Assembly (NCBI GenBank): GCA_017999895.1
Contig: JAGNKY010000016.1
Coordinates: forward strand, 2,888 to 66,887
Length of the DNA: 64,000 nucleotides
Source of the DNA: Bacteroidales bacterium
GTDB taxonomy: Bacteria > Bacteroidota > Bacteroidia > Bacteroidales > VadinHA17
Reading direction: 5' to 3'
The position numbers were made by a program, and so were the translations under genes. Every line of letters begins with the position of its first letter. The first letter of the stretch is position 1. Shown piece by piece: positions 1 through 8,729 of the stretch. Below the pieces are notes generated by a model. It worked only from the letters and a program-made list of their open reading frames with translations. It made no database searches and was not told where the DNA came from.

Positions 1-1
1 G

Positions 2-328
2 GATATCGCAGGATATATAATTGTAATCGGATTTCCTATAACAGGTCTGGCATACATTACGAACAATTTCGGCACAAGTAAAGCCTATCTCAAAATCAAT
101 GACTCGGATCTTGAAATCAAATGGAGCAGTAATCTTCGCAAAAAGATAGTTCCAAAAGACTCGATAGTTAATTTTACTTTGGATCGTAATTATTTGAATA
201 TTAATAGAGTGTCAGATAAAACCATTAAACTTGCCCTTAATTATCTTGAATCTTCACAGAAATCTGCTGTCGTTAAATACCTGTTTGATTTTGCCGAAAC
301 ACATAACATACCGTTCATCAGAAAATAA
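2..328 (+). CDS. hypothetical protein, C-terminal fragment (start lies upstream of the window)
   Basis: Frame 2 is open from the window edge to TAA at 326-328 (DIAGYIIVIGFPITGLAYITNNFG...NIPFIRK*). It has a hydrophobic segment then a soluble tail. It is missing from the ORF track only because it has no in-window start. Confidence 0.4.
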   Translation, partial: DIAGYIIVIGFPITGLAYITNNFGTSKAYLKINDSDLEIKWSSNLRKKIVPKDSIVNFTLDRNYLNINRVSDKTIKLALNYLESSQKSAVVKYLFDFAETHNIPFIRK

Positions 329-363
329 GTTAATCCGTCAGAACTGTCGAATATAAAATTTAT

Positions 364-843
364 ATGAGACGCATCAATCAAAAAATTTTCGACCCGAAAG
401 TTGTTGAGGATATATTATTACACTCCGAAATTTGCCGGCTTGGATTTATTGACAATGACAGGGCATATATCTTACCCTTCAATTATGGTTATAAGAATAA
501 TCACATATACATTCATTGTGCCAATAAGGGAAAAAAGTTAGATCTTTTGAAGAAAAATAATGTTGTGTGTATAGAGATCGAACATACAGCAAGAATAGAA
601 AGGGCTGAAAACGCATGCGACTGGGGTACGATATATCGTTCGCTGGTAGGATACGGTGAGGTTGAGATTATTACCGACAATGAGCAAAAGAGAGATGCAA
701 TGGACATAATAATGAAACACTACGGAGCGGATAGTAATACTAACATGGAATACGATAGCCGGAAAATTGATTCGCTTACGATTTTGAAAATCGGTATAAC
801 TGAGATTTCCGGCAAACAGTCGGCTAACTGGCCTGTGAAATAA
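364..843 (+). CDS. pyridoxamine 5'-phosphate oxidase-family FMN-binding protein
   Basis: 159 aa. Size and N-terminal pattern (ICRLGF..D..AYILPFNYGY....IYIHCANKGKKLDLL) are typical of split-barrel PNPOx-like proteins. Confidence 0.7.
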   Translation: MRRINQKIFDPKVVEDILLHSEICRLGFIDNDRAYILPFNYGYKNNHIYIHCANKGKKLDLLKKNNVVCIEIEHTARIERAENACDWGTIYRSLVGYGEVEIITDNEQKRDAMDIIMKHYGADSNTNMEYDSRKIDSLTILKIGITEISGKQSANWPVK

Positions 844-858
844 CGAAACAAGAACCTT

Positions 859-920
859 TCACCACTGAAAACACTGAATAACACGGATTTTCTCCGTGCA
901 AATCCGTGAATTCTGTGGTT
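859..920. terminator. long imperfect hairpin between convergent genes (possible bidirectional terminator / REP-like element)
   Basis: ACCAC (861-865) and CACGGATTT (882-890) pair with AAATCCGTG (900-908) and GTGGT (915-919). It lies between the stops at 841-843 (+) and 931-933 (-). The design (ACCACTG..CACGG..TCCGTG..GTGGT) matches the repeats at 18.5 and 18.9 kb. Confidence 0.45.
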
Positions 921-930
921 AAATAAAATC

Positions 931-1212
931 TTAAAGATGAGCAGCACGATATTTTTCCAGATAAGTATCCAGTAACGACCGGAACATCTTGCCATGATTC
1001 GGATATTTCAAATGAAGCAGCTCATGCAGAATGACCTTAAACCTCAACTCTTCAGGTTCGTCGAGCAATTTTTTATCGAATGTCAGCCTGCCCTTACCCG
1101 AACAACTGGCCCACTTCCTCTTCATCGCCTGAATATGTATTCCCACCGGCTCAACACCTACTTCCCTGGCCAGAGTCAGAACATCTTCCTTGAATTTTTC
1201 GGGTGTTGTCAT
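931..1212 (-). CDS. short DUF45/YgjP-like (M48-type) zinc metallohydrolase, type I R-M associated
   Basis: 93 aa with KWASCS...HELLHLKYPNHGKMF (HExxH plus downstream H). The ATGA start overlaps the hsdR stop (1209-1212). It corresponds only to the C-terminal half of typical ~230-aa DUF45 proteins. Confidence 0.7.
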   Translation of the reverse strand: MTTPEKFKEDVLTLAREVGVEPVGIHIQAMKRKWASCSGKGRLTFDKKLLDEPEELRFKVILHELLHLKYPNHGKMFRSLLDTYLEKYRAAHL

Positions 1213-4160
1213 ACCGCAATAACGCCTTTCAGTATCTTCATTATGTGCTGAGCAATTTCCGTAACTTTGTCAACCTCATCTATGCCCGAACTATAAATAA
1301 CCTGATAGAGCTTGTTCCTGAACTCCCTCTCATATTTCTCACTTCTTTGCCAGTGCGGATACTTCCGTATCACCTCCCGCATCTGATTTGCCATAGCCTC
1401 GGCATCTTTTAATCCTCTTTCCTTCAACATCCAGTATATAGTGAAAACCTCGGCAGGCATCTCTTTTTCAATCTGTTCAGTCTGAGCGGAATTGATTTCC
1501 TCTATTATCTTTTTCAGCTCCTCTAATGTCTCTACCGTGTTCTTCTGCCTGTTCTCGTATAGCTCCACAAGCAGTTCTGCTCTCTCAGCAATGGAAATCA
1601 GATAGGGCGACTCACTGCTTCGCGTTCCGGCAGTTCTTTCGATGCTTTTTATCAGATTGAATATTTTTTCGGTGTCAGATGCTTTGCTTTCTTCTATCCT
1701 TCTCAAGGTATTCTCATCTATCTCATAAACATCCAGAGTCGGTCCGATAACATCGCTCCTCGTATATTCCCTTACAAGCATCGCAGTCTTCCCGGTCAGT
1801 TCCCTGTCAATAATGGTTCCCCTGTCATAATTTTCTTTCAGGATTTTATACATCCTCGAAACTGTTTCGTAATCATCTATGTATGGCCTCAGGAAATTAT
1901 CCGGTGAGATAATCTCATAGATGTCTGATAGTTTTTTGAACCAGTTGTAAAATTCCTGCCTTTCCTGTTCGTCCCTGAAGCGCTCCAGCACCTCCTCAAC
2001 GGCCTTATCGCGCTCCTTCCCCTCGATGATTACAAGATATTCCTCTTTTGCCGTTATCATCTCTCTTTCGAATCTTTCCTTCAACACTTTCACATCGCGG
2101 ACTATCCCTTCGATGTCGTGAGAATCGAAAGCCAGCGCCTTTTCGAGATTGTCGAAGATGCCGACGAAGTCAAGAACAAAACCCGACGACTTGCTTCTTC
2201 CCTTATCATCTTCATAGGGTCTGTTCACTCTGGCGATAGCCTGCAAAAGCACATGATCCCTCATTGGTTTGTCGAGGTACATACAGTAGAGTATGGGCGC
2301 ATCGAAACCGGTAAGGAGCTTCTCTGTAACTATCAATATCTTCGGGAGCTCATCAGGTTTCTTGAAAGCTTTCCTTATTCTTTTCTCATCCGCTTCAGAA
2401 AGATGGTACCGTGCAAGCTCTGGCGGGTCGTTGTAAAACGGACTGTAAACAACCTTCGAATAATCGGGCGGCAAATATTTATCGAGCTCTTCCTTGTAGA
2501 TGGCGCAGGCTTCCCTGTCAACTGCAACCAGGAAAGCTTTGTATCCCATCGGCTCGATGTTGTTCCTGTAATGGTCAACAATGTATGAGATAACCTTTTC
2601 GACCCGCTCCCTGTTCTTCAGCATATTCCGGAGGGTAACGGCTTTCTCCAACACTTTATTGAGCGCTTCCACGTCGCTAATTCCCTGAGCCTCTGCAACA
2701 TCAAGGAACTCCTTTTCGAGCAGCTCTTTCTCCACCTGCAGGTTATTCGGAGCAAGCGTGTAGTACAGAGGCACTGTAGTACCATCCTCTATTGATTCTG
2801 AGATGCTGTATTTGTCAAGGTAGCCATGGGGCGGATCGTCCCTGCCGAAGGTGATGAATGTTCCTTTACCGTATTGTGTCTTATCTATCGGAGTGCCGGT
2901 GAAGCCAATGTATGCGGCATTTGGCAGAGCTCCCATCAGGTAATTGCCCAGTTTCCCGCCGGTGGTTCTGTGAGCCTCATCCACCATAACGAAAATATTA
3001 CTCCGGATGTTGATGTTTGCAGGTATGCCTTCGAACTTATGTATCATGGTGACAACCAAACCCCGCCTGTCGCCCGAAAGAACGTTTTGCAGATGCTCCT
3101 TGCTTCCGATGACTTCCACATCCTCTATGCCCAGAGACTTTATATTTCCGAAGAGCTGGCTCTCGAGCTCGTTTCTGTCAACGAGCATGATGACCGTTGG
3201 ATTTTCGAACAATGGATTTTCCATAATCTTCCGGGCGGCAACAATCATGGTATAGGTTTTGCCTGAGCCCTGTGTATGCCATACAAGGCCTCTTTTCTTT
3301 TTCGTATCCTGCGCCCTCTCCGTTATCTTACTCACTGCCCTCATCTGATGAGGCCGCAAAACAACCTTCCTGAGCTCATCGTCCTGCCGGGTGAACATTA
3401 TGAAGTCAGCAAGCAGTTTTATCACCCTTTCCCTGTCGAAAAACGTCTTTACCAGATTTTCGAAGTCGCCGGCTGATTCTTCCTTCCAGTTGAACAGAAG
3501 TTTTTCCGATGTGTTCCATGTTGCGCCGTAGTAATATTTCAGGATATGAGTCAATGTATATATCTGCATAACGGCCATCAGTTCGGGGCCTTCTCTGTGA
3601 TATCTCTTCACCTGCTCCAGAGCCTCGCTTACCCCCTCTATCTTATGTGCGGCTTTCGTCTCTACGAACAAAACAGGCAGGCCGTTGATAAGAAAGACTA
3701 TATCAGGCCGGATGGTTTTGTTGCCGCTGGTAAACACAAACTCGTCGGTGACGTGAAAGGTGTTTCTGTTGACATCTGCGGTATCGAGAAATTTGATGTT
3801 TCTCTCGCGTTTCTCGCCTGGAACGAACACTGTCTTAATCCCCTTCAGGTATTCCCATGCTGTGAAGTTGCCTTCGATGTTCGGCAGTATGTTACCAAGT
3901 TTCCTGATAATATCTTCGGCCATCAGGTTATCCATGAAGTCGGGGTTGAGACGTTGCATCTGGTTGATGAAGATTTCCCTGAACACTATGCCGGTACTGC
4001 CGCCTCTCAGTCTCAGGGCGTCGTCGGGCTTTATGTATTCCCAGCCGAGCCGTAGAAAAATCCTGGTGCCGTCGGGCGAAATATATTCTGCCGATTGTTC
4101 CTGCACGTAGTCAATGACAGGCTTCTGAACCGAATATCTTTCGCCACCCAGTGAGCTCAT
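1209..4160 (-). CDS. hsdR: type I restriction enzyme R subunit (HsdR)
   Basis: 983 aa. N-terminal PD-(D/E)xK motif (PDIVFLINGLPVLFVETK). SF2 motifs HTQGSGKT, MVDEAHRT, FTGTPI and QAIARVNR. Overlaps the hsdS stop by 4 nt. Confidence 0.95.
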   Translation of the reverse strand: MSSLGGERYSVQKPVIDYVQEQSAEYISPDGTRIFLRLGWEYIKPDDALRLRGGSTGIVFREIFINQMQRLNPDFMDNLMAEDIIRKLGNILPNIEGNFTAWEYLKGIKTVFVPGEKRERNIKFLDTADVNRNTFHVTDEFVFTSGNKTIRPDIVFLINGLPVLFVETKAAHKIEGVSEALEQVKRYHREGPELMAVMQIYTLTHILKYYYGATWNTSEKLLFNWKEESAGDFENLVKTFFDRERVIKLLADFIMFTRQDDELRKVVLRPHQMRAVSKITERAQDTKKKRGLVWHTQGSGKTYTMIVAARKIMENPLFENPTVIMLVDRNELESQLFGNIKSLGIEDVEVIGSKEHLQNVLSGDRRGLVVTMIHKFEGIPANINIRSNIFVMVDEAHRTTGGKLGNYLMGALPNAAYIGFTGTPIDKTQYGKGTFITFGRDDPPHGYLDKYSISESIEDGTTVPLYYTLAPNNLQVEKELLEKEFLDVAEAQGISDVEALNKVLEKAVTLRNMLKNRERVEKVISYIVDHYRNNIEPMGYKAFLVAVDREACAIYKEELDKYLPPDYSKVVYSPFYNDPPELARYHLSEADEKRIRKAFKKPDELPKILIVTEKLLTGFDAPILYCMYLDKPMRDHVLLQAIARVNRPYEDDKGRSKSSGFVLDFVGIFDNLEKALAFDSHDIEGIVRDVKVLKERFEREMITAKEEYLVIIEGKERDKAVEEVLERFRDEQERQEFYNWFKKLSDIYEIISPDNFLRPYIDDYETVSRMYKILKENYDRGTIIDRELTGKTAMLVREYTRSDVIGPTLDVYEIDENTLRRIEESKASDTEKIFNLIKSIERTAGTRSSESPYLISIAERAELLVELYENRQKNTVETLEELKKIIEEINSAQTEQIEKEMPAEVFTIYWMLKERGLKDAEAMANQMREVIRKYPHWQRSEKYEREFRNKLYQVIYSSGIDEVDKVTEIAQHIMKILKGVIAV

Positions 4161-5485
4161 GCCACGACCTCCATTTGATTGACCCTTATTTTTGCAGTCA
4201 TAAGATTATGCAAAAGACTTTTGAACAAATCATCGAGAGCTTTTTTCCTGTTCTCCTCAGCTTCGATTTTAGCATCGATGGCAGAAAGAATGGAAGCAAT
4301 TTTTTGCTGGGTAGGAAGCGGAGGGAGAGGGAGATTTAAATTTGCAATTTTTTCTACACCAATATATTTCATGGTTGATTGACTCGATTTTGTATTTATT
4401 TGATTTTGCATTTGAGTTGAACTAAGCAAATGTTTTAAATATTCTGAATTTATGATTTCCTTTTTAGGCTTTATCAACGCTAATTGAACAAAAATGCTAA
4501 AATCATAATTTACATTAACTTTAGCAGATAGCCCCAGTGTCCCAACTTTACTTAAAAGGACATCATCCTTTTCTGGCATACATCGTTTAATTAAAGAATT
4601 GTGCTCTTCTTTTGAGATGAATTTACATTTTGAAAAATCAATCTGACCATTAACTAAATTTGTGATAGTAATAAATGGTATTCCAGTTTCAATATATTTT
4701 GGCGTTTTATGTGTACCATCTGTAATTTTTCCCCTTGCCACCTCTCCCAGTCTTACCACCTCCCATTCTTCTGGCACTTTTCCGATTTCTGTTTCCTTGA
4801 GCGGAACGTTTTCTGTTTCCTCTGGCGGCACGGGTCCGTAGGTAAACAGGTGTTTCATCATGGATTTTTTGAGGGCTTTTGTGGCGTCTATCACCGCCTC
4901 GGTTTTCTCCTTTGCCTCCTGCACCGCAGAAAGCACAGCGGCAATCTTTTGCTGCTCGGGGAGTGGGGGGAGTGGAAGAGCGAAATTCTCAAGGACATGT
5001 TTAGGTAATCTTTGCCGTCCAGTTGAACCTTCCATTTTTTCAGCCAAATTCACTCTTATAGGATCAACTTTTAAATAGTAATACAAATATTGGGTAATTA
5101 CATTTTCATTTTTAGGATGTAATGCCCATATTTCTGTAGTAGCATATCCATAATCTAATGGCAATTTATCTAATATTGCTTGTTTTCCATTTTCAAAAGA
5201 TGGTGTAATTTTTGCAATAATGATATCATTTTTAAAAACAAATGAACCACTAGTAATCTCAGAATATCTCTTTTCTTCCCAAGATTTAATAGATTGATTT
5301 GTATCCGATATCATCTCCATTGGAATAAATGGAATTAAATCATCTTTATTGATTTTTAAATTGTTCGGTTTTCTACTAAATTCAAAAACATCTCCCAGTC
5401 TCACTACTTCCCATTCTTCTGGCAAAGGTCCGAGTTCTGTCATTTTGTAGCCCTGCGGTAGTATGTCGTTGGAGGTTGAGTTCAT
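4157..5485 (-). CDS. hsdS: type I restriction enzyme specificity subunit (HsdS), two target-recognition domains
   Basis: 442 aa. Two AT-rich variable domains alternate with two conserved helical repeats (LPLPPLPEQQKIAAVLSAVQEAKE... and LPLPPLPTQQKIASILSAIDAKIE...). N-terminal LPEEWEVVRLGDV motif. Confidence 0.9.
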   Translation of the reverse strand: MNSTSNDILPQGYKMTELGPLPEEWEVVRLGDVFEFSRKPNNLKINKDDLIPFIPMEMISDTNQSIKSWEEKRYSEITSGSFVFKNDIIIAKITPSFENGKQAILDKLPLDYGYATTEIWALHPKNENVITQYLYYYLKVDPIRVNLAEKMEGSTGRQRLPKHVLENFALPLPPLPEQQKIAAVLSAVQEAKEKTEAVIDATKALKKSMMKHLFTYGPVPPEETENVPLKETEIGKVPEEWEVVRLGEVARGKITDGTHKTPKYIETGIPFITITNLVNGQIDFSKCKFISKEEHNSLIKRCMPEKDDVLLSKVGTLGLSAKVNVNYDFSIFVQLALIKPKKEIINSEYLKHLLSSTQMQNQINTKSSQSTMKYIGVEKIANLNLPLPPLPTQQKIASILSAIDAKIEAEENRKKALDDLFKSLLHNLMTAKIRVNQMEVVA

Positions 5486-5489
5486 AATG
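5459..5489. repeat. direct repeat copy 1 (hsdS start region), identical 31-mer also at 9692-9722
   Basis: tagtatgtcgttggaggttgagttcataatg is present at both sites. Weaker similarity extends inward to ~5410 and ~9641. Confidence 0.9.
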
Positions 5490-5573
5490 GTAATAAGGGC
5501 TCATTTAGTACATTTATGTTTAACCTTATTAGAGCTATATTCCCATAAGATATTTTGATTGTACGCATTATTT

Positions 5574-8500
5574 TTACTCCATGAAATTTAATCTTTTCCA
5601 TATTTCTATATATTCCTTAGCATTTAATGGCGAATTTACAGGAATAATAGTCTGAATATCTCTTTCTGTTTTTGAGGACAGCCATTTTTGAACATTTTCT
5701 GCATTATGATTAAGAAAATCTTCGCCAAATTCCTTTTTATACTTTTCACCCAATTTTGTGGCAATAGTTCTTGGGACATTGGCTTTTCTCATAAGAACAG
5801 CCTCATTTGTACTAACCCCATAATAAATATATGCAGGTATATTTAGAATCTTTTTTTTCTCGCTTTCAGAAAGGTAATGCCAATCAATACCGCTGGTTGG
5901 CATTTTCTGCAATGCAGAAATACCCCAGCTTGCTGAAGTAGTAATAACCCTGTATAGTGCCTTACTTATTATTTTAATATTTTCATTGGTATCCCCTGAT
6001 GAAATTAGTTTTTTGGCAATATCAGAAATCGTATCACCATTTACCCAGTAAATAATTAGTCGTGAAATACTACTCTGGTCTAATACTTTATTTCCTATTT
6101 TGATATCTTCAAGAGATTTTCGTATCTCATAGGTGTTCAGCATAATTCCTACCAGTTCCTTCATTGTTCGATTCTTCTCAGAAAATAGCTGTTCTTTTTC
6201 CCAGTCATCTGAAGAAAACTTGTATTGAGAAAGCCTTCCAATCATTTGCTTGACTGTAATTGTAGAAAAACCAGTTGAGTCAGCTCTGTCAGCATCCTCT
6301 AATGATAGTGTAGAAACATATTCGTTCAATTTTCTAAAAAGATATCGCTTTTTTTCCTCTGAGATTTGATGATACCCCAGAGTATCCTGCAATTTTTGTT
6401 CTAATTGAGTTATGAACTGATCCAGGTCATTAACCTGTTTTCTTAAGTGAGAAATATATTGTAAAACAGCCGACCATCGTTCATCAAAATACAACCATTC
6501 TGCGAAATCTCCATCAGGAAGATTCTGAGCTTTTTGCAATAAATCATTCAACTGAGATAATAAATCCTCTGAAGCTTTTTTAACATATTCTGAGATATTT
6601 TTTAAATCTTTATCATTTTTACTTGCAATTCCAATCCATCCCATGCCTTGTTGCGCCACTCTGCCGACTCTTCCTGCAATATTCCAGAAGTCGCGGGAAG
6701 GCATCGGACCTTGAAAAGGATAATTATATGAACCCATAATAACAGCAGATGCAGGAAAATTTATTCCCTGTGCAATTGTTGTTGTTGCTACCAACACTTT
6801 CAGTTTTCCTTTTTCCATCAATAATTCTATAAGTTGTCTGATATCATCCGGTATAGCAGATGAGTGAATCGCAATTCCCTTATCAAGATATTTAACCAAT
6901 GGGAAATTTTCTCCTAATTCAGCTTTTACGAATTTTTGCAGTAATTTAATCTCTTCATCAGTTATAATATCGCTAAGAGAATTATATAGATAATCAGCTA
7001 TCTGGAATGTTTCATTAACTTCTGCAGCAAGTATTATGATTGGATTTTCGGTATCCAGCACATGTTTGGAAGTAAGTTGTACTATCTTTATTTTTGAATT
7101 AAAATTCTCTTTATTTTCAGTAATATTATTAATAATCGGTATCTTTTCTGAGATTGTATATGACCCTTTCACGGTATTTAACGTTTGTAAAGTAATCGAG
7201 TAGTTTTTTCGTTTACCATCCACGCCTAATGCGCCAATTACTCTTTCATTCGGTTGCCACCAATCTAATTCAAGGTTAACTGTATATCCCCTTTCACCTC
7301 CAAGCCAATCAGCTATTTCATCTGCATTTGGAATATCCGGGGTTAACAGGAGAAAATTTACCTCTTTACAATCGTTTTTTATTGTGGATAGGAGCATCTC
7401 AAGGTGTAATCCTCTGCTTTTATCTCCAATGTTATGTGCTTCATCAACGACGGTGAGTACCAGAGGTCTTTTGTCTGTCGTCCCTAAACCCTGTCTGATC
7501 AATAAATCGAGCTTTTCATAAGTGGTTACCAGAATATCAAAATTGGTATTATCTCCGTTATTATCGATTAGACCATATTCAAAGCCATCAATTTCTACTG
7601 CTCCGCTTGCCTTTTCAACTTGAATACCGATACTGGTCAAATCCTGCTTAAATCTTGCATAAATTTGATTAATTAAACTTTTCGTAGGTACAACATAAGC
7701 AACCCATCCACCACTTTGTTTAAAAACATTAAGAGCTTGAAGGATTTTATATTCAGCTATTAAAGTTTTACCACTTGAGGTTGGCAAGGATAAAATTATA
7801 GATCTGTAGGCAGGATTTAAAACTTCGCCTTTTAATATAGAGTATTTTTGTGGATACAACAGTTCCTGTATAGATTTACTATCTCTTTTAGCAATGAATT
7901 TATTAAATTCACTTATAAAGTGGTTTACTCCTCGAAGATTATACCAGATTGTATTTCTTATTAGTTTTATGGAAAACTCTTTAAAGTATTTATAAAGTAG
8001 AACCAATGAGATATTTTGAGATAATTCTGCAAATTCAGAAGCAATTCTAAAATGATACTCCATTTTGTTTTCTATGTCAGCAGGATTTCCTTCGATCAAA
8101 AAAGTACCAAGTAATTCAATTGATTTAGCAAAATGATATAAGGATACAATTTCAGCACTTCCATAGGGTTGAGAATCTTCTCTAACTCGTTTTAAAAAAT
8201 TAGCTTCAAATATTTCTTGATCTTCTCTAAGCTTATTTATGCTTTCGACTGCTTTTTCTATATCTTTCCAGCTATTTTTAACAACCAGAAAATATAATGC
8301 ATTAAAAATCGTATAGAGAAGTCTTTCATTCCATTTTTCTGGAATTCTAATGTTAATTACATGATTTTTTATCGATAACAGGTAGTTCCTTACATAATGG
8401 GAATGTTCTCCAAAATAACCAAAAATGATTATTTTAAAGAGTTCCATTATATTAATTTGGTCATTTAAATCATAATCAAAACATGTAGCAATATCAAAGT

Positions 8501-8729
8501 AAGTAATACACAAAGAAAGGAACTCATTAGAATCTTTTTGATTCCAATAGTTGTTTATCTCTAATTCACAAATTTCCTTTGCCTTTTGTAATAATTTTAT
8601 CTCACTCGCGGACAAACTAATAGCATTAAATCTTCTGGAAAGTCTTGCTTTTTGTATGAGTTCTGACAGGCCTTCAAGAATATCCTGATAATTTTGCTCT
8701 AATATTTCATACTTCTTTATAGCGCTCAT
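5574..8729 (-). CDS. Ski2/Hel308-like (COG1204-type) SF2 DEAH helicase with long N- and C-terminal extensions; HamB-like candidate
   Basis: 1051 aa. Motifs: PTSSGKT (aa 316-322), VVPTKSL, VVDEAHNIGDKSRGLHLE (427-), LLLTPDIPNADEIADWLG, VLVATTTIAQGINFPA, NIAGRVGR. About 310 aa N-terminal and ~360 aa C-terminal are unassigned. Overlaps the upstream gene by 23 nt. Confidence 0.85.
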   Translation of the reverse strand: MSAIKKYEILEQNYQDILEGLSELIQKARLSRRFNAISLSASEIKLLQKAKEICELEINNYWNQKDSNEFLSLCITYFDIATCFDYDLNDQINIMELFKIIIFGYFGEHSHYVRNYLLSIKNHVINIRIPEKWNERLLYTIFNALYFLVVKNSWKDIEKAVESINKLREDQEIFEANFLKRVREDSQPYGSAEIVSLYHFAKSIELLGTFLIEGNPADIENKMEYHFRIASEFAELSQNISLVLLYKYFKEFSIKLIRNTIWYNLRGVNHFISEFNKFIAKRDSKSIQELLYPQKYSILKGEVLNPAYRSIILSLPTSSGKTLIAEYKILQALNVFKQSGGWVAYVVPTKSLINQIYARFKQDLTSIGIQVEKASGAVEIDGFEYGLIDNNGDNTNFDILVTTYEKLDLLIRQGLGTTDKRPLVLTVVDEAHNIGDKSRGLHLEMLLSTIKNDCKEVNFLLLTPDIPNADEIADWLGGERGYTVNLELDWWQPNERVIGALGVDGKRKNYSITLQTLNTVKGSYTISEKIPIINNITENKENFNSKIKIVQLTSKHVLDTENPIIILAAEVNETFQIADYLYNSLSDIITDEEIKLLQKFVKAELGENFPLVKYLDKGIAIHSSAIPDDIRQLIELLMEKGKLKVLVATTTIAQGINFPASAVIMGSYNYPFQGPMPSRDFWNIAGRVGRVAQQGMGWIGIASKNDKDLKNISEYVKKASEDLLSQLNDLLQKAQNLPDGDFAEWLYFDERWSAVLQYISHLRKQVNDLDQFITQLEQKLQDTLGYHQISEEKKRYLFRKLNEYVSTLSLEDADRADSTGFSTITVKQMIGRLSQYKFSSDDWEKEQLFSEKNRTMKELVGIMLNTYEIRKSLEDIKIGNKVLDQSSISRLIIYWVNGDTISDIAKKLISSGDTNENIKIISKALYRVITTSASWGISALQKMPTSGIDWHYLSESEKKKILNIPAYIYYGVSTNEAVLMRKANVPRTIATKLGEKYKKEFGEDFLNHNAENVQKWLSSKTERDIQTIIPVNSPLNAKEYIEIWKRLNFME

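Noticed and set aside
2048-4110. Multiple plus-strand ORFs of 60-170 aa (e.g. 2118-2588, 2826-3266, 3546-4055) antisense to hsdR
   Set aside because: They lie wholly inside a well-supported 983-aa gene and have low-complexity, Arg/Cys-rich, non-protein-like sequences. They are best explained by the higher GC content of hsdR suppressing stops on the opposite strand.
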